Assembly: GCF_041146345.1 (NCBI RefSeq)
Contig: NW_027191408.1
Coordinates: 558,001-622,000 of the forward strand
DNA: 64,000 nucleotides
Reading direction: 5' to 3'
Source: Neodothiora populina
Lineage: Eukaryota
This document shows, in pieces, positions 13,601 through 24,572 of this stretch. The notes beneath the pieces were generated by a model. It had not been told where the DNA came from. It saw only the letters and a list, made by a program, of their open reading frames with translations, and did not search any database. Position 1 is the first letter of the stretch; every line of letters starts with the position of its first letter. The position numbers and the translations under genes are program-made.

Positions 13601-14531
13601 TCGCTCAGGTACAGAACGAAACAATAGCAGCATTATATGTGAGGTCTTTTCTTGAGGCGCCCTTGGCATATAGATGTATTGCGCCTGATTAAGATCGTGG
13701 CACCTCGCGAAGGACGGAGTGCCTAAATATAAGCTCAAGGATTGAACTAAAATCCCAGGTCAGGTACCCGGCGCTTGGCGACCGCGCGAGAGATCACAAT
13801 CATGACAATTTGCGCAGAAATACAAATCACCGCTCACAGGGCACGATTGCAGGTATGCAGGAACAATATAGTGGTAAAAATGAGTGAAGCATTACTATTC
13901 AATAGCGCCATGAATCGCAGTACCAAAGTACTGTACAGATAAATCAAGAAAAATGACCAGGCGCGAGTATATCAGCTGCCTTTGGGGTATATTTGCCGCA
14001 ACCATCCGAACCCAAAAATGCTAGCAGCGAAAGCCCGAAAAGACAATGCAATGAACTCCGTAGACCAAAGGTCCCATGACCAATGCTGAAAAACCCCTCC
14101 TTCATGCCAAAGCACCCCGTATATTAAAAAAATTCGTAAAGAAGTTGGCCGATAATAAGCCGGCCAGCAGCAATCGTCAGGCTGACAGGAGCAGCGGTGA
14201 CACTTTGATGCAATGCTCGCAAGTGATTTGATTGCCATCGGCTGGAGACATAAAAGTGTGAAAGCCATGCGTAAGATGTGCTTACGGTGGGGCGAGTCCC
14301 GTCGATAGCCGCTGATTGTCGTTTCCCGTGACGCCTGTTGTCTTTGTTGCGACATCCCATGTACACCAGATAGATGAACTCCATAGAGACAGGCCGAAGA
14401 TAAGAAACGAGTCATGGCTCTCATTGGCCGATCCCCTCTGCTCCACAAAGCAACGGTGTCAAGTCATGCAGAATGACTTGGAGAGAGGAGGATCTTCGTA
14501 AAGTTTGAGTCATGTTATCCACCTGGAGATA

Positions 14532-14609
14532 TCATGATCGTGGAAGAGGAGGTAGAGGCCTGTTTGGGGGAGGGCCGGGGCAAGGAGGATAGTCAACTGC
14601 AGCAGGCAT
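14532..14609 (-). CDS. 25-aa proline-rich micropeptide MPAAVDYPPCPGPPPNRPLPPLPRS (candidate SH3 ligand)
   Basis: ATG 14609-14607 in context TCAACAAAATGCC, TGA at 14534-14532. It is the first AUG downstream of a TATATA (14856-14851) and a ~240-nt C/A-rich leader. 11 of 25 residues are Pro and it contains RPLPPLP. Confidence 0.6.
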   Translation of the reverse strand: MPAAVDYPPCPGPPPNRPLPPLPRS

Positions 14610-14850
14610 TTTGTTGATTGATGTCGTTGGTCGAGGACTTGAGTTGGTCGATAGAATGTTCGTTGTATGTGTTCAGATAAGGCGTCGAGTAATTAGATGA
14701 TACCAAGCAGTGGTTATAGGCAAGCTTTTGAACAAAGTCTGTTGAGCTATGTTGGGTTGGAGTGTTGGTAGTAGAGTAGATTGTGTTCTGTTCGTATGCT
14801 TGGGTCTTTGAGTTTGCAGAAGAGTTTGGGAATGGGAAACAGGGAACGAA

Positions 14851-14858
14851 TATATATG
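14851..14858 (-). promoter_or_regulatory. TATA-like element upstream of the micropeptide ORF
   Basis: The minus strand reads GGGCATATATATTCG followed by a pyrimidine-rich tract (TTCCCTGTTTCCCATTCCC), typical of a fungal core promoter. Confidence 0.5.
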
Positions 14859-17820
14859 CCCTTTTTTCTAATGACAGCCTGCGCTTGCGCCTCGTGTGGG
14901 ATTCATCAGGTAAAATGCAGTGACGCCAGAAGGCATAAGCTAGCGGGAAGTCAGAAACGGCGGTGTCCGAGCTGCGTGGCTCCAGGAAAAGGGGAGTGGC
15001 AGCGCTTCGTGTGGGCAGGGCTGACACCGCTAATCTTGGAAACCATAAGGTGCTGAAGCTTGCACAGTGCTCATCCTTGACCTGCTTTTTCCCGCCTGTC
15101 GTGACGTCTCTGTTATGATCATCGAGCACAGAAGATACAGAGCACCACACGGTTGCCTTGTTTCCACCACCGTCCTCCAAAGCTGTGCCGTGCCTGCATT
15201 TGTCACCCTGTAGTGTTCACTGCATGATACACCTTGGTAGGTGATCAGGCCCTTCGGCTACGGGTCTGGTAGGCCCGAGGCAGCCGGACTTGCATGGAAA
15301 CGCGCATATCGAACCATCTTGCAAGCCTTCCAAAGCTTGCCGGATCCCAGATGCACGGAAAACTAACCATGCACTGACACCTCTAGTGCCCGCGTCGATG
15401 CACAGAGCTTACAGCACTGATCCTCCGTTTCAGCTGTGAGCCGTAGTGGCAAATTACAAGTTCACTTCGTTACACAATGTTCATCAAACAAAGCACATTT
15501 GCTGACTCACAGACAATGCATAGCTCTAGCATGGTGCCGTGCTTTACAAATTTTCCGACATATCAAAGATTGATGACCGAGGCAGAAGCGCGGTAGAAGC
15601 ACGGTAGAAGGCGCCACGAAAATCTTCAATCTATCTCGAGTTCCATGGAACAAGTTTGAAAAGGACCTTCGAGAAATTCACACCACACAGTGTCGCACGA
15701 TATTCTGTCCCATTGGCGAGATTGGCTTGTGATATCATGCACATACACAACCTGCTCCGTGGAAGCCATGGAGAGTTTCAATCCTTGGGTGCTGCCAACG
15801 TGACGGGATCTGCCCTTCGCATAAGCGTTCCCGTCCCACGTGGACACGTTCATCCCGCGTTCTCTCCCTCTCTTGGCTCGGAGTTTGGGCATAAGGATTG
15901 TGAACCGGCTTTCCTCGCAAGCGACTGCACGCGTTCAGCATGTCCCAAGGCTATTCCTGAACTGTGTCCTTGCGCACTTACTAAAGTAGCTAGGCATTGC
16001 AGCGTACCACAGGTAGGGTAAGGCACTGCACCTGAACAGAGACCTGATCATCATGACGATGTCACAAGTACTACAGTGCCGTGCTTTCCCGCTTGTCCCA
16101 AACTCTTGGGACAAATGGAAGTGCTTCTATACTGGGAAGTCCTTCCATGATCACTGAGCCGTGATCACTAGGAGCACAGCGGAGACAAGGCCGATATTCG
16201 AGGGTTGTAAGGTCTGATGCTCGCGTTTCACCGCCCACCTCACCCCGAGTCTTTACCACTGCGATAAGCTTTTGTGTTGCTCATGCCTTTCTTTGACGTA
16301 CCCAGAGTACAGACAAACCGGATCACAGCTCAGTCGACACATGTACTTGTGACCCAACGAGTGGGTCGATATCTGTCCAGACGCCATCACTCTCCGCGTA
16401 ATACCTGACGTGCTTCGACTATATGCGCCCCATCCGCTCACTTCCTCCTGCATGTAGGATATATCCGGAAATCTCGAGTTCAGCTAGTCATGGATACGGT
16501 CTTGCAATAACGCGAGCCACTGTTTCTGGGGACAACTGTGTCCGTTCCGATATACAAGTAGAGCCTCCGTGCGGGAGAAATCGCGAACATGCGGTGATCA
16601 AGTTTTGACAACATGAATGCTGTGCGCTTCTTGCTGGTGGGACGGTGCCCTCTACGGTTCGAACGTACAACATCACACCTCACGATCGACCCGAAGCAAT
16701 TAAGAATCTTGTCAATGACACCGACTGATTCTATCGTGGTCACACCTCATTTGTGGACCCCAGTATGTCAATGTAACTCGCTCGATGAAAATTCTTCACT
16801 TCATGTTCTCGATTTAGGGTCCATATAAATTGGAGATCATGATATGGTACGGTCTGCACATGTTGTTGCCTTGAAGAGGAAGTACAATGAAGATCTCGCT
16901 ACTTTAGAGCAATATTCTAGACAACACCGCATGTTGTCTCTGCAAACATGGCGAAATAGCGATCTAGCTGCATGCATCCATATGGCCAAGTGTCAAGAAT
17001 TAAGTCAATGGGCTAGGACCACCCTGGATACCTGTATCACAAAGTGATGTTTCACATTTTGTTGGCTAGTTGGAATCTTAGCAGCTCTAATCTATACAAA
17101 TAGCGAAAACTTCTCGAGAGCTCCATCGCAATAGCAAGCTCGCGACAGATTTACTCTCGGGTTCAGGTGACAGGATTCCTACGCATTTGACAATTGAGAT
17201 TTGTGCGGACTACAGTTGCTGTTATGCTACGACAAAAGAGCACTGCTTTAGATCGTGCAAAATAATCCCTTGTAAAATACGTGGGTATTACACTCGATGC
17301 AAATAAAAGTCTAGCGCATCTTCCCGTCTGTTCTGACTTGCGCAGGACGGACTGGATAGACGATAGCCGACAACGTCCGAGAAATCCAACTGATTGTATT
17401 TTGGAAAAGTGTAGTATTACTATAGGTGAGCGGTGAATGGACTTGTTAGACCACAACAAGGGTCCTTGAGTCTCACCGCGTGCAATGATCTACGTGCACC
17501 AACATTTACGGCTGTTAATCCAGAAGGCGGTGGAAGCCGAGGATTGCCAGATAGATCGTCTTTACACCAGCCACTCGAGGATCATTCGGCCGAAGAAGAA
17601 CCACTGTTATATTGCTTGTTGCTCTTGGAGATTGATGAATAACTCCAATAAGCGGTGGCTCGTTCATGGCATAAGGTGGTCAATGGCTATTGTAAATCGA
17701 TCTATCTTACCGTTGTCCAAATGTAGATTGCTTAAGCGGGATGACCGCTACTCGCTTTCCTAACTTGATATAGGAGCCGCGCAGGTATATATAGAGCAAA
17801 CAACAGCAAACTAACATAAA

Positions 17821-17913
17821 TCCGATGTGGTCTAGTGGCTAGGATTTGCCGCTCTCATCTTTCGAATGAAAGAAAGGTCCGGCAAGGCCGGGGTTCAATT
17901 CCCCGCATCGGAA
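17821..17913 (+). tRNA. tRNA-Glu(CTC) with 21-nt intron
   Basis: Acceptor stem TCCGATG/CATCGGA plus discriminator A, A-box TGGTCTAGTGG, anticodon stem TGCCG/CGGCA, anticodon CTC at 17854-17856, intron 17858-17878 after A37, T-arm GGGGTTCAATTCCCC, T-run downstream. Confidence 0.96.
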
Positions 17914-18832
17914 TATTTCTTTTGGCACTGTGGTACAGTAATGTATCATTGTCGTGGAGCCTGCATTTTTGATCTGCTGTTGTGTTACAGTGGATGGCTG
18001 TCAGGCGCTTGTCGTGTAATGTAAGGCGGAGCGCTTTACTACCAACTTCAGCCAGCTGTAGGGCGTTCATTGCGACGTGCTGCAAATCTGTAGTATCTAC
18101 GTGAGATGCAGGCTGTGCAATTTATAAGAAGCATTGTCAAGTCAGTCAGAACTACGGCTGCATCACGTCCTCATGTAAGCTGTCCACTTTACTCAGGCGT
18201 TCAGGTCATGAATAGTATTAGGAGCAGTGTGCTAGTGCTAGTCGCGCCAGTGGTATTATTCGAAGGAATCACGTAGGCTGAGCAGCCACCGTCCGAGTGA
18301 TGCATTTTCCACGCCGTTGCTTGTAACGGCTGGGGTCATCGCCAGCTCTCAACTCCACAGCAGGGCCTCGAATTAGAGTAGCTGCAGCTACTGCTGAGGC
18401 TATGCCTAAGCTGCATCAGGCGCCTGATTTCACTGTACAACTTTACATGACTTTGCTATCTCGGTGGGCTTTTCCTTATTGCGGTAGTAGGACATGTCTC
18501 GCTGCCTGGAAGAGTATCATAGCACTCACGTCAGCTGCGGCTGATTTCCAGGACTACAAGGTAAGCATGTGCCTTTATTCCCAATGTTGAAGGCCTTATC
18601 TACCTACACAGTTGCTCTAAGCCTTACTTTACCTGAGCGACTTTCACATGATCGAAGGATAGAGATGTCATAAATATGGCGGGAGATCACACTCTACATC
18701 CATATTTTGGTGTATCAACTAGCCACTTTCGAGCGAACCCAAGTGCGACGGCGATACTGCATTTGCTTTCTTCCACATTGATTCTGTAATTGACAACAAC
18801 TCCAGTATCTTGCAAGCGTTTAGAGTGCTAGG

Positions 18833-20152
18833 ATGCAGCCCTCATCTGAACCCCGAAGGCTGTTGGTTTTCTGCGACGGCACTTGGTGCGGCCCAGAGAC
18901 CGGCACGAGGACGAATATCCAGATACTGGCTGAGATGGTTGATATCGATGTCACTGGTGGCAAGCTCGAGGTCGACTCCAAGGAAAGAAACCTCAAGGCT
19001 AGATACTTCTATGGGATTGGTCTTGGCTCCACATTCATATCATACCTCTTCAATGGGTCTACAGCAAACGACATCTCGACCATGTGCGTTGAGACGTACA
19101 GATGGATCGCCGAGAATTTTGAAGAGGGAACTGAAGTCTGGATGTTCGGTCTGAGCCGTGGAGCATACACCGTTAGATGCGTGTCAGGAATGATTAACAA
19201 TTGCGGGGTTGTCAGACGTCCATTTGGAAGTAGCATGTGCGACGAAGTCTACCGGATTTATTCAAGTCCTTACGACGAGGACAAGCCGGATTCAACGCAA
19301 AGTCAGATATTCCGTGCCCAGGCGAGCTGGCCCGATACAATTCCGATCAAGTTCCTCGGACTCTTCGACACGGTAGGGAGCATTGGCATCCCAACCATCG
19401 ATGCCGGAAATGGCCCTTCGTATCCGACGTTATGGGATCAGGTCGTCCCCAGCGTCGTGCAAACAGTATATCATGCATGCTCATTGCACGACCGTCTGTC
19501 GGTATTCCAGCCATGTCTCACCAAGCTCTCGGAAAAAGAGGAAAAGACCAGACAGCGCCCGCAGATCACAGAGCAGTGGTTTCCTGGTTGCCATTACGAC
19601 CTCGGCAGGCAGAAGTTCAAGTTCCTCCGTCAACGAGTCCATGGTCTTGAAGCCTGGTTGTCTGTAATCCCAAATGCATTGAGCAAGACGCTTGAACCCA
19701 ATGAGGTTCTGTCAGATCTCGTCCTCAGCTGGATGCTTCAATCGATAAAGAAGACCTTCCCACTGCAGCATGCCATCGAGGACATCGATACGGAGATCTC
19801 AGCACTTGATATATCCATCGCAAAGGTGGATAAAGGCGTAGGATCTGGCGATGTCTATTCTAAGCCCTTGGCGTACGCTCCATTTGGTCTTTTGTTGAGT
19901 GCTTTTAATACCCCTGCTGTCTTGTCAGATACCGCTAGGGTGCTCCTTGCTCTAAGAGATCGCCGTATCCCGGATGACAAGGCCATTGTTTATCCTTACC
20001 ACAAGCCCTACGGGGAGCAGCGAACCTCGATCGAAAAGCTTGCTAAGCTTACACCAGAACGATACCCGTCTAAGACCTTCTCGGCATTCAAAGAATGGCA
20101 GAAATATTTTGGTGTTGCTTCCAAGCAAGATCGCACTAATGGGTTCGCTTGA
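18833..20152 (+). CDS. DUF2235 / Tle1-like alpha/beta-hydrolase (putative phospholipase)
   Basis: Intronless, 439 aa, with RRLLVFCDGTW, GLSRG (GxSxG), LFDTVGS and WFPGCHYDLG motifs. Confidence 0.9.
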   Translation: MQPSSEPRRLLVFCDGTWCGPETGTRTNIQILAEMVDIDVTGGKLEVDSKERNLKARYFYGIGLGSTFISYLFNGSTANDISTMCVETYRWIAENFEEGTEVWMFGLSRGAYTVRCVSGMINNCGVVRRPFGSSMCDEVYRIYSSPYDEDKPDSTQSQIFRAQASWPDTIPIKFLGLFDTVGSIGIPTIDAGNGPSYPTLWDQVVPSVVQTVYHACSLHDRLSVFQPCLTKLSEKEEKTRQRPQITEQWFPGCHYDLGRQKFKFLRQRVHGLEAWLSVIPNALSKTLEPNEVLSDLVLSWMLQSIKKTFPLQHAIEDIDTEISALDISIAKVDKGVGSGDVYSKPLAYAPFGLLLSAFNTPAVLSDTARVLLALRDRRIPDDKAIVYPYHKPYGEQRTSIEKLAKLTPERYPSKTFSAFKEWQKYFGVASKQDRTNGFA

Positions 20153-22497
20153 AGATGCTTCCGTGACCTAAATCACTTGACAGTGGTTTGAATAGCGCTG
20201 GCTCACTGGAAAGTACCGAGATTGACGATATTTGGCTTTGATATGATACAATTTTTTCCAATGTTCATGAACACAGTTTTGTTTGGTTCTTTCTTTACGG
20301 TGGAAAGCTCTGCTTGGATTTAGCTATGTTGAGATGATCGAGCTTTCGTTACATTTAGACGGATCTTGGAGAGAAGGAGCAAAGAGGAAACTTCTGACCT
20401 AGAGTATATACATCACTTTCATTCCACTACCAATCCTAATATGATGATACTTGGTTCTTCGATGCGCATGTTGATTCATCTTGATGGCTGCCGGGACCAT
20501 TGAAATAGCGAGCAGACGCCTGCTCATGAAAGCTTTGAACAATTACACCTGCGCAACAGCAGCATACTAGTTGCTCAAATCATGTCCAGCAACCTCTAAC
20601 CATAAGCTCAGCTGAGTATACCGTGCAAAGTCGGCACTCACATCAATATCGCAATCCATGAACTCAAGAAGGGGAGCTAGTGTAGACAGCTCCATGATTG
20701 GGGACTGACAATGTCATCATACCTCTTGTTAGATGCCACATGAAAGGCTGCACGACGATTGACTTCGAAAATTGATAGGCCAGTGTTCTTCTGTACAGGA
20801 AGGACGCTTCTCATCGGCCGTGTCACTTCAAACCATGACGCAACAATCCGAGCCCGAACATCTGCGTGTACCTGTCACTTTCCAGCATCAAGTCGAATGC
20901 ACATTGCCAGGCGATTTTCACTTCTCGATGCTAAACGTCGCTATTGCGAGCCGCTTAGAAGACGTCAACTGTCCCATTTAGGCGGTGATCGCTAACGCAA
21001 GAGTTTTGTGTGACGGGCGATCAGGTACTGGCAAGCGAGGTGAGTGCTTAAAGAAGGGAATGCTACATGTTACTTTTGCATAGGGATCGTATCACACCTA
21101 TCACAACTCGATCTGCCTGTGAAATCGTCCAGACCAGTCGTCGGAGAAATGCGCCTTACCTAGAATGCATTGAAGAACGTCGGATTTGTCTCGATGTTCC
21201 TTGTCTTGCACGCGTCTTTTTCCAACGTGTCTCAGACGGCCAAGGGTCCAATCAATATACACGTAGGTTCCGTAGAACCAGACGTGAGTTTCGAATGCGA
21301 GTGGGAATCCCTCGGATAATCAGATGTGATTATGAAACATGCCCCATAATAAACAACACCTTGTCTCTTTGGTATCTTGGAGTGCGTCGGGATCTGCAGT
21401 AAGTCATCATTGGCAGCTAGGATGGCTTCACGGCTGTTGACCCACGCCGTGGTCCTGGACTGTTGGGAGACAGTAAGCGAGAGGCTGTGGTAAGAGAGGA
21501 AGACAATGCCGACATTATTGCTTGTATGCCGGATATCCTGTGTCCTTCTGGCCTCATGTGTCAAGCCAATATTGGTGATGGAATGTACTCTAAGTACGCG
21601 CACAAGATATTCTACTGACTGATATGCCCCGATGGCTGATCTACAGTATGCTCTGGTATGTTTTCATAAAGTCTTGTGGCAACGTAATCCTAAAGCGCTT
21701 CAACTTCAGCTCCAGACTCTATGTTCTGTTCTAGTACAAGAGGTAGACACGCCGAGACGTGTACAGATCGATACACCTTACAAGTAGTGCAGCACTCGTA
21801 CGATGGGGCAAGTACTTGTACATTATACTTCATTGTTCGTTGCAGCTCAGGTTGAGAAAGGAAAGTCCTTGGCAACGGTATATATAGCGCCTAGACCCCG
21901 GAAATAGTAGGACCAGTCAAACTTCCACTTCATCACATCACAACTAGTAGGTACACTTCCTACTTCTACCCGCAGAAGGACTTCTGCAACAAGAACACTG
22001 CTCACAATTGCACTATTGGAGAGTATCAATCCCGACTGCTGAGCAGCTTCTTCCTGCATCATCTATCACTATACATATGCTGATATGGAAGCGAGCATCG
22101 GCATTGGTCGATCAACGTTACATATATCAGACACAATAACGTCGAAGCCATGTCTCTCCCTTAATCTCACAACGGTTGTATGGGATTGCAATGACAACCA
22201 TTCTACCATACTTTCTATATGTTTTTCACCTGTACTGGCGGAGCAATGTTTGTCGCCACCATCAACGGGATGGTTATATGACAACGCAATGCGATGCTTG
22301 GACATCTCGAAGATTAATAGTTCTTTTTACATATAAGGGTTCAACGACAGGCTCGCTGTAATATTTTTCAGTGTATTCCTTACTGTCAATCTTTTTGATT
22401 GGCACCCATTTCTATTCCTTTAATTCTTGAGTGTTCGATTTAGTGGTTGATATACATATTTTATTCCAATTCTACACTGTTCGTATACATATCTACA

Positions 22498-23523
22498 ATG
22501 CTTGTCAACAGCATTTTTATCGCCGCTCTCGCAGCCATTGCGAGTGCTTCTCCAGTAGCACAATTCACAAGTGCTTCGATGACAACTGCAGCCATCTCAG
22601 TTACAGTCGGAGTGCCAACACCCCTCGTCACAGAGGACAGGCTGGTCGCCAGGGCGGCTCTTCCTACTTGCAACCCGAATAACGTGTACATTGTCAAGCA
22701 ACAGAAGCCGCAGTCCTCGGCCTTCTGCAGCAGCTGGCGTGCTGCCGGCAGCGTCCACAAGGCACCACTTACTGTCACTGGTCTCAACACCAAGCAAATC
22801 AGCAACATCTGCAGCTGCATTCTGACCGGCAAATATGTGACCAACGCTCCATTCACCGTCAAGGTAAATTCATGTCGAACCACCCATATCTCCCTATATA
22901 GCTAACTGAAGACGTAGACCTCAACTACCAAGACAACTGCTGCTGCCGTATCTCATGCCACTACGTACCAACAGCGTGTCCTTGTCCATCACAACGTGCA
23001 CCGTGCCAACCACTCTGCGTCTGCTCTTACCTGGAGTTCAAGTCTTGCCAACACGGCAGCCAAGATTGCTAACTCCTGCGTATACGCGCATGATGTGTAA
23101 GTCAATGCGGATGTTCTAAGCACGAAGCCCATACTCATCAATCCTCACAGCAACACAGACGGAGGCGGTTACGGCCAGAACATCGCTGCCGGTGTTACCC
23201 CTGACAAGATCTCTGCTGTCATCACTGACCTCTTCTACAACGGCGAGGTCAACTACTACACCCAGTATGGAAAGTCCGACACCGACATGTCCAACTTTGA
23301 GAAGTGGGGACACTTTTCTCAGGTCGTCTGGAAGTCAACAACTCAAGTCGGATGTGCCACAGTGGACTGCTCTGCCAAGGGTCTCCAGAACGTTGGCTCT
23401 AATGTTGCACCGTACTTTACAGTGTGCAACTACGGTCCTCCTGGCAACTATCTTGGCCAGTTCGGAACTCAAGTCGGAGCTTCCCTCAAGAAGCCTACCG
23501 TGCAGTACACCTATGGCCTCTAA
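22498..23523 (+). CDS. Secreted CAP/SCP (PR-1/Pry-like) protein
   Basis: Signal peptide MLVNSIFIAALAAIASASP; CAP motifs HNVHRANH, YGQNIA, GHFSQVVWK and VCNYGPPGNY. Exons 22498-22863, 22918-23096, 23151-23523. Confidence 0.93.
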
Positions 23524-24572
23524 GCCATGCTGGACAGTGCAACAGCTATGTAGAAAGATTTCTCCTCGTAGATCTGTTCCTGCAGACGATAACGCATCAC
23601 GCATTAACAGAATCCTGCGCTTCTCCGGCTTTGTACAGTTGAACACGCCGACTTTATTTCTTTCGCTTCTCCCCTCATGGGAATATTCAAATTCTTATGT
23701 AGAAATATATGTGACACGACACATCCCATTCAAATTCAAGACTAGTTTCTCTTCTAATGAACCTCCACCGTCACCAAAGACGCCTTGGGACTGTATACAT
23801 CAATCGCAATTAAGCAAACTTCAACTTCTTCTCCTAACCTCAGATGATCGACCGACCCTGTCCATCATTGTTCTTCAATTTAGAGCACAATTGACTTTAT
23901 GGTGGGCATGGGATGGTCCCTGGCTGGTCTATATCGGGCAGTAACAGAGTCGCGAGACAGGTGTGTCAAGAGTATCGCGTTGTATAGTGGCTATAATTGA
24001 TCTCGCAGCTCCAGAGTAGGTGATGATAGTTCTTTATTCACTTGGTACACGTGGGCACTGTCGCTTTGAGGGGATGCCAAGAATGTTCGTATGATGGGGT
24101 ATTGCAATTAAGTCTGATTATCTATACACGAAAAAAGCGCATGCTATGGCCGCTGCGTTCGTTCCCTCCGTTTCTTCATGGACTAGGCGATGAGATGTAT
24201 TGTACCCGCGGTGGACGAAGCGTGTGGTTTGTTGCACGGCGTAGTTGACGGCCGTGAACTGAATGGGGCTCTTGTCATACTGTAGCTAGTGACGTATGTC
24301 CTCGCTGTCTGTATCTGGAAGAGTACGTTGAGGTGAGTTCCATGGATTCCATGATCAGGGCTACCGCGTCTCGGCCCCGGCACACAGCGACGGTACATAG
24401 AAAGATTCACTCGATTGCTCCCATTTCCTGTCGGAGGTGCTGGCACGGGAGTCAAGCTTGCGACATTGCGGGACATTGACGGGCTTGTTTTTTGGGGTCG
24501 AGCTGGTGTTGTGCTCGGATAGTCTCATTTATGATTCATAAGATGCCCAAGGCGGTCGTTCGATATTCCAGC

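Noticed and set aside
13972..14448. 158-aa ORF downstream of the micropeptide as a possible main ORF
   Set aside because: No family resemblance and no coding-type codon bias; more likely 3' UTR or intergenic.
14593..15180. 195-aa minus-strand ORF spanning the micropeptide promoter
   Set aside because: Non-ATG start, and the Asn/Thr/Gln-rich translation simply reflects the C/A-rich leader. The credible ORF is in another frame at 14609.
21150..21320. Minus-strand stretch translating as GFPLAFETHVWFYGTYVYIDW…DVLQCIL followed by GTAAGG
   Set aside because: Could be a decayed exon, but I could not assign a start, partner exons or a family.
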